From positions 28,434,987 to 28,498,451 of the forward strand of contig NC_069000.1 in assembly GCF_001194135.2 (NCBI RefSeq): a DNA stretch of 63,465 nt, read 5' to 3'. Made by a program: the position numbers and the translations under genes. The notes under the pieces are model-generated. The model did not search any database and was not told the origin of the DNA. It worked only from the letters and a program-made list of their open reading frames with translations. Below are positions 12,702 through 24,773 of this stretch, piece by piece (the first letter of the stretch is position 1; each line of letters starts with the position of its first letter). Source of the stretch: Octopus bimaculoides (taxonomy: Eukaryota).

Positions 12702-14388
12702 TCCAATTGCCCCACAGATCCCTCTCAAGAAATCCTATGGGAACAACTGCAGAAATCCTTGGGTTTACGAAAAAAAATAACAAGGATTGGTGCAATGAAA
12801 ATGATGTGCTGATCCAGGAATTATTAAAGAAAAAGAACTCTGTCCACCAAGCATGCCTGGCACAACCGACCTGCCTAGAGAAGAAAGCAGCCCTTTGCTA
12901 AGCCTGCAGCTTTCTGCAGCACAAACTCTGTGGAGTTCAGAATGAGTGGTGGACCAGCCTCGTAGGGAGAACCTAGCTGTGTGCTGACTCTGGCAACTAC
13001 AGGGGGTTCTATGAAGCTCTCAAAGCTGTCTACAGCCCAGCATATCAAGTCTAGAGTCCCCTGTGCAGTTCAGATGGCCAGGCACTTCTCACTGACACAG
13101 CAACCGTCCTCAACTGCTGGCCTGAATACTTTCAGACTCTCTTCAGTGCAAACCAAGTTGTCCAGGAAAATGCAACTCTCCACATCCAGCAGCAACCAGT
13201 CAAAGTAGAATTAGATGAGCCTCCAGCTCTGGAAGAGACCGCAGTTGCCATAGGCTGGCTGAAGAGCAGAAAGCTAGCAGGAGTTGATGGCATACCATCA
13301 GAGATATGGAAGCATGGGGGTCCTGTCATACATGCTAAACTCCATGAGCTCCTTGTTGCATGCTGGGAACAAAGCAAGGTGCGACAAGATCTCCGCAATG
13401 CTGTTATCATTACACTATACAAAAACAAAGGGGAAAAATCAGACTGCTCAAACTACTGGGGGATCACCCTGATTTCCACTGCAGGAAAAGTTCTAGCAAG
13501 AATACTCCTCAACATAGCCAAAAATCATCTTCTAGAAAGCTAATGTGGTTTCAAAGCCAACAGGAGCACAGCAGATATGGTTTTTATTCTCAGGCAGCTC
13601 CAAGAAAAGTGCCAGGAGCAAAACAAACCACTTTATGTAACATTTGTCGATCTGACAAAAACATTTGACACTGTGAGCAGGAAAGGTCTGTGGCAGATCC
13701 TAAACCGACTTAGCTGTCCCACCAAATTCCTAACCATGATCATCCAGTTTCATGAAGACCAACAAGGACAAGTCTGCCTGAATGGTGACATATCAGAGCC
13801 ACTCCTCATCAACAACGACATGAAGCAGGGCTGTGTCCTAGTACCAACACTCTTCAGCATGATGCTTAAGCAGGCCACTGCAGACCTCAACACTGAAGAT
13901 GATGTCTGCATCAGGTACCATCTGGACAGCAGTCTTTTCAACTTCCAGTGTCTACAGGCCCACACCAAGACCCAAGAGCAACTGATCCAGGACCTCTTCT
14001 TTGCAGATGATGCTGTACTTGTCACACATGCAGAAAGACCCTTGCAGCACATCCTGCTTTGCAGAGATAGTACAGCTCTTCAGGCTGGAAGTAAGCTTGA
14101 AAAAGACTGAAGTCCTACACCAACTGGTTCTTCAGGAAGAGTACAAGATGCTCCACATCACTATTGCCAAAACAGAATTGAAGTCAGTACAGCAGTTCAC
14201 TTATCTTGGATGTACCATTTCATCAGATGCAAGTATTAACAAAGAAATTGACAACAGACTTGCAAAGGCAAACAAAGCATTTAGCAGAGTGTACAAGTGT
14301 GTGTGGAATAATAAGCATCTTAAGATCAGCACAAAAATCAGAGTCTACAGTGCCATCGTCGTCCTCACGATGCTCCTAAATGGCTCTG
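12702..14388 (+). mobile_element. RTE-clade LINE fragment (RT), truncated at both ends
   Basis: FVDLTKTFDTVSR, KQGCVLVPTLF, LFFADDAVL, FTYLGCTIS, VYSAIVV; different subfamily from the BovB-like copies. Confidence 0.85.
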
Positions 14389-17300
14389 TCACGAATAGTC
14401 CTGGTTGGGATGGAGCATGTTTGCACCTCGCCAACCAGCTTGTCCTCGACAAGCACCAACCTCTTGGCCAGAATCTTCAACTCTGTATTGAACAGAGTGA
14501 TGGGCCTGAAATTTTCTATAATGTCCCCCTTGTTTGGATCCTTTCTCAGCAGTGCCACCACCCCTGGACAAACAAGTGGGAATTCTCCCATTTTGCTGCC
14601 AGTTGCAGTAGATGTCTGCTAAGTGGCCCACACACAAGTCTGACATTGAAATATAAAGCTTGTAGGACAGACCATCCAAACCCAGTGATTTACCTCTTGT
14701 GCAGCTCTTCATTGCTTCCTGTATTTCAGTGGCTGTTATTGGTCTTTCGCAGCACTCTGCCTCGTTCACCAAGAGTCATGGGAGCCCATCGAGGTAGACA
14801 CTGAACAATTGAGCAAAGTGCAGCTAAAAGGCTGCACACATCTGCTTCGGTTCAAACACTGCGTGCCCATTCTGGTCCACCGAAGACTGAATGGTGGCTT
14901 CATTTCCATGCTATGTCTCTGCCACTTGGGCCCAACAAACAGCTTATGTTCCCTCCCTACTTAGTGAATGTGACTTAGCTCTGACAACTCGCCACGATAC
15001 ATCAGTTGCAATGCTTGTCATAAGCGTCTCATCTAACTTTCTAACTAAATCTCTCTTTATTCTATTTCTCTCTATCCCTAATGCCTTACTAACCCTAATC
15101 GATTCTACTCTAATTGCCCTTTGAAGAGCAAACCACCAGTTGTTGTTGATGATTGCATCCATTAATGCCCTCTTAACTAAAACACTATTACAGTCTCTTT
15201 AAGCTTGACATGCTGGTAATGATGTGTTCAGCTTCCAGTAACTGGGAACCTGTCTACAAAGCCTATCTAAGTTACAAATTTATGGTCTGTGTAGCTGGCT
15301 AAGTGAAACTGTGGACAACATATACTATCCTTATCCGCTAGCTTACAGATTACTCTATCTATGATCTAGATGACCTGATGCGATTTGTCCAAATCCACAT
15401 TGGCATATTCGGGTAATCTAGTCAGTACCTGTCAGACAATTGAAAACGTCTGAGCAAATTCTTGAGGCTTTTGCACCCCACTCTCCTATCAGATACTCCT
15501 ATGCAATTGAAACGTCCATCTAAGCGTTCTTATCCCCTACTAACACTAAAGTCTGAGACGTTCCCAGAAAGCCTCCAGACACTTGAAGTAATCATACTGC
15601 CCTGCCCCTGTCACAGAACAGGCCACCACCAGTCTGAAAGCACTACTGTCACTGCTGCTCACATCTAGGACCACCAACTTACCTTCTGGATCCAGGAAAA
15701 CTGTCTTTATTTTCAAATCCAGACCTTTCTGGAAAAGCACCATAATACCACCACTGCTCCTCCTGGCTGACACGGAGATAGAAAAATTTTGTATCCACCA
15801 AAAAGGGTGATGAGGTCCCATGGGTCAGATAGTCTAGATTCACCAATGGCTGCTATGTTTACGCTAAAGGATCTCAGGTCATTTAAAAGGTGACCTTGTT
15901 TTCAAGGCGACCTGAGGCCCCTGACATTTATGCAATCTATTTTCAGCATCACCGTGCTAAAAATAAATATTTAGGTCAGAGAAGAGCTCTACTTACCACT
16001 GTTGTCTGGTATGGTGGCCCCCTTGGTCTTTGGTGTGGGAATTTCCAAAAGGTTTTTAAAGTCGTTTTGATAAGCATTTGGGAAGTTGCTTTTCAATGTG
16101 GTGTATGTGTTTTGGGTGAGTGTTACAATTTGTATGTGTGATGGTGGTGCATTGTGAGTTGGGAAGACAAAGTCTGCTAATGTGGTGTTTGTATTGTCAC
16201 ATAGATATGTTATTAGGTTTATGTCGTCTGTGTTGATGGCTGTGAGGTAAGTGGTGTTTGTGGAGTCTGTGTGTGTTGTACAATGTGTTGGTGTTTGAGG
16301 TGGTAGTGCTGGTGAAGGTGGTGGTGTTGTTATTGGTTGCTGTGTGTATGTGTTGCTGCTGTTGGGAAGTTCTGCTTCTTTGTGCCTCCCCCTTTTTTCT
16401 TCTACTGTCTCTTTGGTCGTTTTCTTTCTTTTTTGGGGGGGGGGGTTGTCTGCCACTCCCCCCTCTTGACCTCTGTACTTGAACAGTCTGAGTTGTTTGG
16501 GTTGGGAAGGAGAATTTTCTTTGGGTCTTGGTTTTGTTGGGGTTCATTTGTTGCTGCTGCAGTAGCTGTTGGTGGTGGTGTTACTGCTACTTGTGGTGGT
16601 GGTACTCCGGCTGGTGTCTTTGTTGTTGGTGTTGGTGGTATCCTGGCAATAACTGGAGGCGATGTCACTGTTGCTGGTGGTGGTTCTGATGGTGTTGGAG
16701 TTTGAGTGATCACTGTTTCTGCTGTTGCTGTACTAGAGGTGCCCCCAGTTCTGGTGTTGGCAGAAGGGCTGGTTGCCTCTCCTTCTTAGGGCAGTCGACC
16801 CAGAGGTGGCCTTGGTTACCACAAAAATAGCACCTTGGCAAGTGTACTCTGGTGTCATCAGGGAGATTTATCGAGTCAGGGATTGACTTTAAGGCCTCCT
16901 GTTCAATTTGAACAAGGAGTTCCAACCCCTGACCCGACCAATTTTGTTGGTGCTATTTATGAACTTCCAGTATTGTGGCAGTGTTCTCTATGTTTACAAG
17001 GACAGCTGCCACCAGCCAGCATATATTTATTTCAGGGGGCACCTCCCCAATTTTAATTTTGGTAACACACTGACCAAGATATGTCGGCATGAGCAGAAGG
17101 TCTTCCAAAAATAGTGGCACTGTGGAATGGTTTCTTGCTTCTTCTTCCGTTGCAAAGCGCACTTCCACAGTGCTGAACCATTTTCTACTTGTGACATATG
17201 TTTTATTTTTTCAAATTGGTTTCAGAATCAATTCTAGTTGTTGTATTGCTCGTTCCAATGCCTATTTTTTATGTTCATACATTTATACGTTATTGTTTTT

Positions 17301-17858
17301 TAGTTGGTGTTCATAATAATTTCTTGTGGAGGTATTTTGCCTTGTCTTACTAAAAATCCCTTTGAATTTTTTATGTCCCCTAATGTGACGTTTATTTTTT
17401 CTCTTGTCTGCTTTGCTGTGGAAGCGAAACTGTGTGCGTTAGATTTGTCTTCCGCATTGTTTTTCTTGTTATGGTGGTGGTGGCATTGGCAGTGTTTTCT
17501 CTATTATTTTCCTTTCCATGTTAATGGTGGGGCTGGTGCTGTTAGTAGTGTTGGTACTGGTGTCGTTATTTGTGCTGTTCAGAGGGAGGAAATTCTCAAA
17601 GTATTAGTCGTTGAAACAGCCACTGCTACTCCCCTCGACAAATGAAGCCATCTTGTTTTCCGTTTCACGAAAAACAAAAGAAAATATTTTTAAAGGACCA
17701 AAATATCCAAAATTACCCCTAAAAGGGCAGGCCTTCAACAAGGAACCCCTTCTTGTCAACAAGAAGGGTCCAACAATATCAACAAAGAAACAAAAATCCA
17801 ACAACCTTCAAAAGAAAATGACAACAAAACATGTCCACACTCGCCGACAACAACAACA
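14387..17858 (-). mobile_element. L1/Tx1-type LINE copy A (ORF1, APE endonuclease, start of RT; 3' part missing)
   Basis: ORF1 with VEVRFATEEEA and CX2CX4HX4C knuckle RCYFCGNQGHLWVDC, Pro/Thr-rich region; ORF2 start MLKIDCINVRGL; RT start LLRKDPNKGDIIENFRPITL. Confidence 0.88.
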
Positions 17859-20800
17859 AAATAATAAATAATTCTTTATTGGCCACAAGGGTTCACATAA
17901 AGTAACATTAAAAGACACAACAACATAAAAGTTAAAAACAGGATGATACAATGGGTTTTACAATGTGTAAACAATATAAATAACGATTAAAAATTAAACA
18001 ATTTAAAATTCTTAAGGACCTTGTGGAAAAACCCACAAAAGCCATGGGTGCCTGAACAACAGGGCAAGAGCCCTTCTCCTTTTGTTTACAGGTGCATGCT
18101 CAGAATTGGTCCTTGCACACTGGCCATTCTTCCAACATTCACCCACCTTTCAACAAACTTGCTACAAGGTAACACTTCCCTCTCCACCTTCAATTTCCTT
18201 TTCAAGTGAAACTTGAAAAGGCTGATGAGGGCTTGGCCAAAGAGGAAAGTGTCTGTCTTTAGCCCTTTCAAATGGGTCCGCTATACTAACTCTTTCACTA
18301 CAGCCACTATACAAATAAAAATTGCCTGCCCCTCCTGGTCAAAAGAGGATGGCGGGACAATCTTCACAATAGATTCAAATGATAGCTGGATCTGTCCAGC
18401 ATGCGACAGCAGGTGTTTGACGTAAAGCCACAGGTCAGCAATACTCGAGCACAGGACTGGGTGTGCAGAACAGTTTCATTGTTCTGTGTGCACCGTGGAC
18501 CGGCCCAGCAGATTATCCCAATCAGGCAGCACTCCTCGATAGCACTGCCAGGCAAGGGATTTCTGGAAGTTATCCATAGGCCCAGGCCCGAAAGTTCTCC
18601 GAAACAGACTGGTTAATTGATCTTCATTGACACCCAGAGTTTCCCCAAGAACGTTGTTGCACTTTCCCTCCCCTTGCCCTCTATAGAACGCTAGAGTAGA
18701 ACTACCACCGACCACATTGCCTGCCTGGCGGAGGGCTGTGAGCACTTGATGGCACTCAAGGTTTCAAGTGCCCCCCCCTCTGACTATGCCTAATCCAGGA
18801 TTGCAGCTCAGTTAAAGAGACGAGCTGTGGAAAAGCATGTCTTACAAATGGTGACCACACTTGCTCTCTGTCAAGGAAATGCTGGAGATGCTGCAACCTC
18901 AGTGCATGTCTGTGCATCAGTAACCATGGTATGCCCAGCCCTCCACTCAGCGGCTGTTGACAGCAGATGAAGCACCTGACTAGTGGATGCACCCCCTCCA
19001 CAGAAAGCAGAAGAGTAAGCACACCAGCTTGGTCAACCAACAAATAGTCAAGTGGTAATACATGATAGATACAATGTTTGCATTTGCTACCTCCATGCGA
19101 CCTTTCATGGACAGCTTTTTCTCAGCCCATTTCTGGGTGAGATTGACTACCCTGCTTGACACCTCATCCCAGTTTTTCTCCACTTGGGAGTCCGGACCAA
19201 ACCAAACTCCGAGCAGTTTAACAGGACTGTCTGTCCAGCGACCCCCACGCTGTTGGGCAGCATGGACTTGCCTCTCCAGGAGCCGTGTTGCAAGCCCACT
19301 GAGTTTTCCACGTTAATTTTTGCTCCTGTCACCGCTTCATATTCCTGTGGTGTTTCGCCAATCAGCTCTATATGCCTGTGGCTTGACACTATGACGGTGA
19401 CATCATCAGCGTAAGCAGATACACTTCTCCCACATCCTAGATCACGTGGCACACCTCTCAAAACCTCCAACTTCCACAGTAATGGCTCAAGAATCAGTAC
19501 GTACAAAAGGGAGGAGAGAGGGCACCCTTGATGAACCAAATGCAAGATGCTGAATGACTCCAACAGGTGCCCATTAATCCGAACAACAGAGCAAATGCCG
19601 CTGTACAAAGCAGCGATCCAACCACAAAAAACTGAACTGAACCAGCTGACCTGAGGGCGGCTGTCAAGTATTGATGGTTGACCCTATCAAAAGCTTTAGA
19701 TTGATCTAAATTGATCAGAGTCCCCACCCCCATGCCAGCTTCATTACTCACCCTCTCTATGATGTAGCGCATAAGATGGAGGTTATCGTGAATACTCCTG
19801 GCTTAGATGGTGCCTCACCAACCAGTTTGTCCACGACAAGAGCCAATCTCTTGGCTAACACCTTGGCCAAAATCTTCAGCAGAGTGATGGGCCTGAAATT
19901 CTCTATAATGTCCTCCTTGTTTGGGTCCTTTCTCAGCAATACCACTACTCCTTGACAGACAAAAGTAGGAATTCTCCCATTTTGCTGCCAGTTGCAGTAG
20001 ACGTTTGCTAAGAGGCCTGCAAACAAGCCTAGCATCGAAATATCAAGCTCGTAGGGCAGACCATCCAAACCCAATGACCTACCTTTTGTGCAACTCTTCA
20101 TTGCTTCCTGTATTTCAGCAGCTGTTATTGGCCTTTCGCAGCACTCCGCCTTTCTTGCCAAGAGTCATGGCAGGCTATGCAGGTAGACACCAAAGTCTAC
20201 CCTGTTATTAGTCCTGAACAGCCTAGCAAAGTGCCGCTGAAAAGCCACACACATCTGTTTTGGTTCAAACACCATGCATCCGTTCGAGTTCACCAAAGAC
20301 CAAATGGTGGTTTCTTGCCACTTTTGGCTTCTGTCACATGGGCCCATCGTGATGCTTTCGTTCCCTCCCAGGTTAGTGAACGTGTCTTAGCTCTGACAAT
20401 GCAGCCTTCATGTTTGGTGTTGAAAAATTGTTCGCGAGCCATCCACACAGCTAACACGTCAGTTGCGATGCCAGTCCTAAGTGCCTCATCTTACTTTCTA
20501 ACTAAATCTCCCTCTATTCTATTTCTCTCTACTGCTAATGCCTTGCTAAACCTAATCAATTCTACTTTAATTGCCCTTTTGAGGGCAAACCACCAGTTGT
20601 TGTTGATGATTGCACCCATCAGCGCTTGCTTAACTAATTCACTAATCTGGACTTTGTAAGCTCGACATTACCGGTAACGATGTGTTCAGCTTCCAGTAAC
20701 CATGACCCTGTCTATGAAGCCTATCTAAGTCAACCAAACAGATCACAAATTTGTGGTCTGTATAGCCAACAAAATACCCTATCTAGATATGATCTAGATG

Positions 20801-22226
20801 ATCTGGTGCAGTTTGTCCAAGTCTGCATTGGCACATTTGGGCAATCTAGTTGGTACCCACCATGCAATTGAAAATGTATGAGCAGGTTTTTGAGGCTTTT
20901 GCACCCCACTCTCCTATCAGATACTCCCATGCAATCAAAACGTCCATCTCAGACAGCGTTCGAATCCCTTACTAATACTAAAGTCCGAGACGTTCCCAGG
21001 AAAACCTCCAGATGCTTGAAGTAATCAGCGCACCCTGCCCCTGTCGGAGCATAGGCAGCCATCACTGCTGTTCACATCTAGGACCACCAACTTACCTTCT
21101 GGATCCAGGAAGACTGCTTTTATTTTCAAATCCAGACCCTTCCAGAAAAACACCAAAGTACCACCACTGCCCCCTCCTAGCTGACACGGAGATAGGTAGA
21201 TCTCATATCCACTGAAAAAGGTGAAGAGGTCCAATGGGTTGGATAGTCTGGATTCACTAATGGTTGCAGAATCTACACTAAGGGACCTCAAGTCATTTAA
21301 AAGGTGACCTTGTTTCCAAGGCGACTCAAGGCCCCCTGACATTTACACAACCGATTCTGAGCAAGACCATTGTAAAAATAAATTCAGAGAAGAGCTCTGC
21401 ATACCATTGTTATCTGGCAGGTGTGTCCCCTGGTCTCTGTTGTGGGCATTTCCATGAGGTTTTTATAAAGTCTTTGTCACAGGTTTTGTTAGTCCAAATT
21501 GGTTTGAGGGCTATTTTCAACTGTTGTTGGGTGGCTCGTTCTACTCTTTTCTTCTCGACATTTAAAACTCTGTAAATTACTGATTTTCGATTTGTTTCCT
21601 TTATTAATTCCTGAAGGATGTTAAGGAAGACATTGTTTCCTTCCTTCCTTAACAACCCCTTTGCTTTTTTTTTATTTCATTTGTTGTTAAATTCAACATT
21701 TCTTTTGTTTGCTTTGCTACTGAGGTGAAACCATTTCTGCTAGATTTATTGCTGTTTGTGTTTGTGGTGTCAGTGTCATTCTTTTCTTTTGCTTTTCTCT
21801 CTTCCTCCTTCTCTTTTTCAGGAACAATAGTGGTGATTTCTTGGTTTGCTATATTTTCTGGGTTTTTGTTTGTCGCTGCTGATGGTGGTGGTGATGGTGG
21901 TATTGGCACTGCTGCTCATGATTGCGCTGTTCAGAGGGGGGAAATCTTGACTGTACTGGCCATCAGAACAGCCACTGCCACTCCCCTTGATAGAAGAAGC
22001 CATCTTGTTTCTTTGTCAAATGAAAAACAAAAAGTATTGCAAATGGACTAAAAGTCCAAAATTCACCCCCAAAAAGGGGAAAACTTTCAGCAAACGAACC
22101 CCCTCTGCACACCAAAAGGGGTTTGGAAAACAAAAATAGACAAACAAAACAGTCAATAAACTTGAAAAAAAAATAAAATCCAACCTGACAGAGCTCCGAA
22201 AAACACGTCTTAACTCGCCAACAACA
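17859..22226 (-). mobile_element. L1/Tx1-type LINE copy B (both termini present, central ORF1 deleted)
   Basis: Endonuclease MVLLRIGCVNVRG; RT with DQSKAFDRV and YADD (19402-19413); C-terminal CTQNNETVLH zinc-finger region; 3' end CCCTTGTGGCCAATAAA-(ATT). Confidence 0.9.
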
Positions 22227-23330
22227 ATAATAATAATAATCTCTTCTACTATTGGCACAAGGCCTGAAGTTTTGGTAGAGGGGATAGTCAATTACTTTTA
22301 CCCCCAGTGCTCCACTAATACTTATTTTATTGACCCTGAAAAAATGGAAGGCAAAGTTGGCCTTGGTGGAATTTGAACTCAGAACATAAAGATCAACAAA
22401 ATATTGCTAAGCATTTTGCCCAGTGTGTTAATGATTCTGTTTGCTCATCACCTTAATAATAATAATAGTAATAATAATGATAATAATAATAATAATAATA
22501 ATAATGATGATGATTTCATTTATTTGCCACAAGGGCAAGCACAGGAATACTAATTTGGAGGAGAGAGGTTCAGTTAATACCATTGACTCCAGTAATTGAT
22601 TGGTACTTTATTTTATTGACCTTGGAGAGGCAAAAGGCAAATACCACAATGCAGTTTGTCTGATGTTTTAATGATTCTTAATAATAGTAACAATTTCTAA
22701 ATCTACCACAAGGGTACTTGACAATGCATTTTATCAATGCTGAAAATAAGAATGGTGAAGTTGATAATAATCTCCAGAAATTAATTAACTCCAGTAAATA
22801 ATTGATTTCAAATTTTGGGACAAAACCAGCAGTTTCAGCAGAGGGGTAAGTCAATTACATTGACCCCAGTGCTGTACTGGTACTCATTTTATCAACCTCT
22901 AAAGGACCAAAATTAAAGTCAATCTTGGCAAAATTTGAGCTTAGGACATAAAGTTGGCTGAAATGCCACAAAACATTTTGCCCAACATGCTAACGATTCT
23001 GCCAGCTAACGATTCTGCCAGCTTGCTGCCTTAACTCCTGTAGATTATTGGTTATTAATTCTCTTCAGTCTGATAGGATGAAAGGCAAAGTCAATAATAA
23101 TCCTTTCTACTTTTCACTACTAGAGGCACACAGCCTCAGATTTATGGGGAGGGGACTAGTCGATTACATCGACCCCAATGTTTCACTGGTACTTAATTCA
23201 TCAACCCCAAAAGGATGAAAGGCAAAGTCGACCTTGGTGAGATTTGAACTCAGAAGGTAGCAGAAGACAAAATACTGCTAAGCATTTTGCCCAGTGTGCT
23301 AACTATTCTGCCATCTCACCGCCTTTATTA
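22227..23330 (-). mobile_element. Tandem cluster of about 4 co-oriented tRNA-type SINE family 3 copies separated by (AAT)n
   Basis: Minus-strand head AAGGCGGTGAGATGGCAGAATAGTTAGC (box-A-like) and GAGTTCAAAT (box B); shared gtcgactttgcctttcatcc body; (ATT)n tails. Confidence 0.8.
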
Positions 23331-23349
23331 CTGTAAACATAATAATAAT

Positions 23350-24773
23350 AACAACTCATGCTATTCTTATCTGCTGGCCTACAAAATATCCTATCTAGAT
23401 GACCTGTTGCAGTTTGTCCAAGTCCACATTGGCACATTCGGGTAGTCTAGTTGATACCTGTCAGACAATTGAAAATGTCTGAGCAGATTTTTGAGGCTTT
23501 TGCATCCCCCTTCTCCTATCAGATACTCCCACGCAATCGTGGTTTTGATGGTGTTGGTTTCTGCTGCTGCACTGGAGGTACTCCTGTTTCTTGTGTTGGT
23601 TACATTTCCTTGTATTTGAGGCAGTCAACCTTGAGGTGCTGATTGTTTCCACAAAAGTAGTATCTCGGCCTCATGCCTTCCACAGCCATGTGCAGGCTGG
23701 TGCCGTCAGATAAATTTATGGCGTCAGGGATTACATTTAGTGCCCCTTGTTCAATTTGAACAAGAAGCACCAACCCCTGACCTGTCCAATTTTGTTGGTG
23801 CAATTGATGCACCTCCAGTATTGTGGTAGTATCCTCTATATCAAAGAGGACAGCCGCCACTAGCCAACATATATTTATTTCAGGGGGCACATCCCCAATT
23901 TTAATTTTTGTAATGTGCCAGCCAAGGTATGTTGGCACGAGCAGCAATTCCTCCATTTTTAGGGACACAGTGGAATGTTGTCATGCCTCCTGCTCAGTTG
24001 AAAAATGCACTTCTACAGTGCTTAAGTGCTTTCCTCTTGTCACTTAAGTTTTATTAGTCCAAACCAGTTTGAGGACCATTTCCAACTGTTGTTGGGTGGC
24101 TTGTCCCACTCTTTTCTTCTTAATATTTAAAACATTATATATTACTGATTTAATAATGGTTTCCTTAATTAATTCCTGAAGGGTGTTAAGGAAGACATTG
24201 TTTCCTTCCTTCCTTAATAACCCCTTTGCATTTTTTATTTCATTTGTTATTAAATTTAAAATTTCTTTTGTTTGCTTTTCCGCTGAGGTGAAACTGTTGC
24301 CGCTAGATTTGTTGCTGTTCATGTTTGTGGTGGTGGTTTCAGTGCTGTTCTTTTTTTCTTTTGTCTCTTCCTCTTCTTTTTCAGGAACAATGGTGGTAAT
24401 TTCTTGGTCTTCTTTGTTCATGGTGGTGGTGGTGGTGTTGGTACTGTTGTGCATGCCAGTGCTGTGAAGAGGGGAAAAGCCAGTGTACTGGCTGTTACAA
24501 AAGCCAGAATCACTCCCCTTCACTTTAGACTCCATATTGTTTTTCATAAAAATGAAAAACAAACACAAATTTTATAGTAAAAAAGGACTAAACATCCAAA
24601 ATTCACTCCTAAAAGGAGGATCTTTTAACAAAAGAATCCCTTCTGCACACCAAAAGGGGTTCAGAAAACAAAAACAGTTAAATAACAGTCAAAAACCTTT
24701 AATAACACACAAGAAAAATTCAAACTTATGGAGTGCTCAAAACAAGTTTTACCTCGCTGACAACAACAACAAC
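23350..24773 (-). mobile_element. L1/Tx1-type LINE copy C (ORF1 N-terminus and knuckle, short endonuclease piece; 3' missing)
   Basis: RKEGNNVFLNTLQELIKET shared with copy B; KIKIGDVPPEINICWLVAAV shared with copy A; knuckle remnant YYFCGNNQHLKVDC. Confidence 0.82.
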
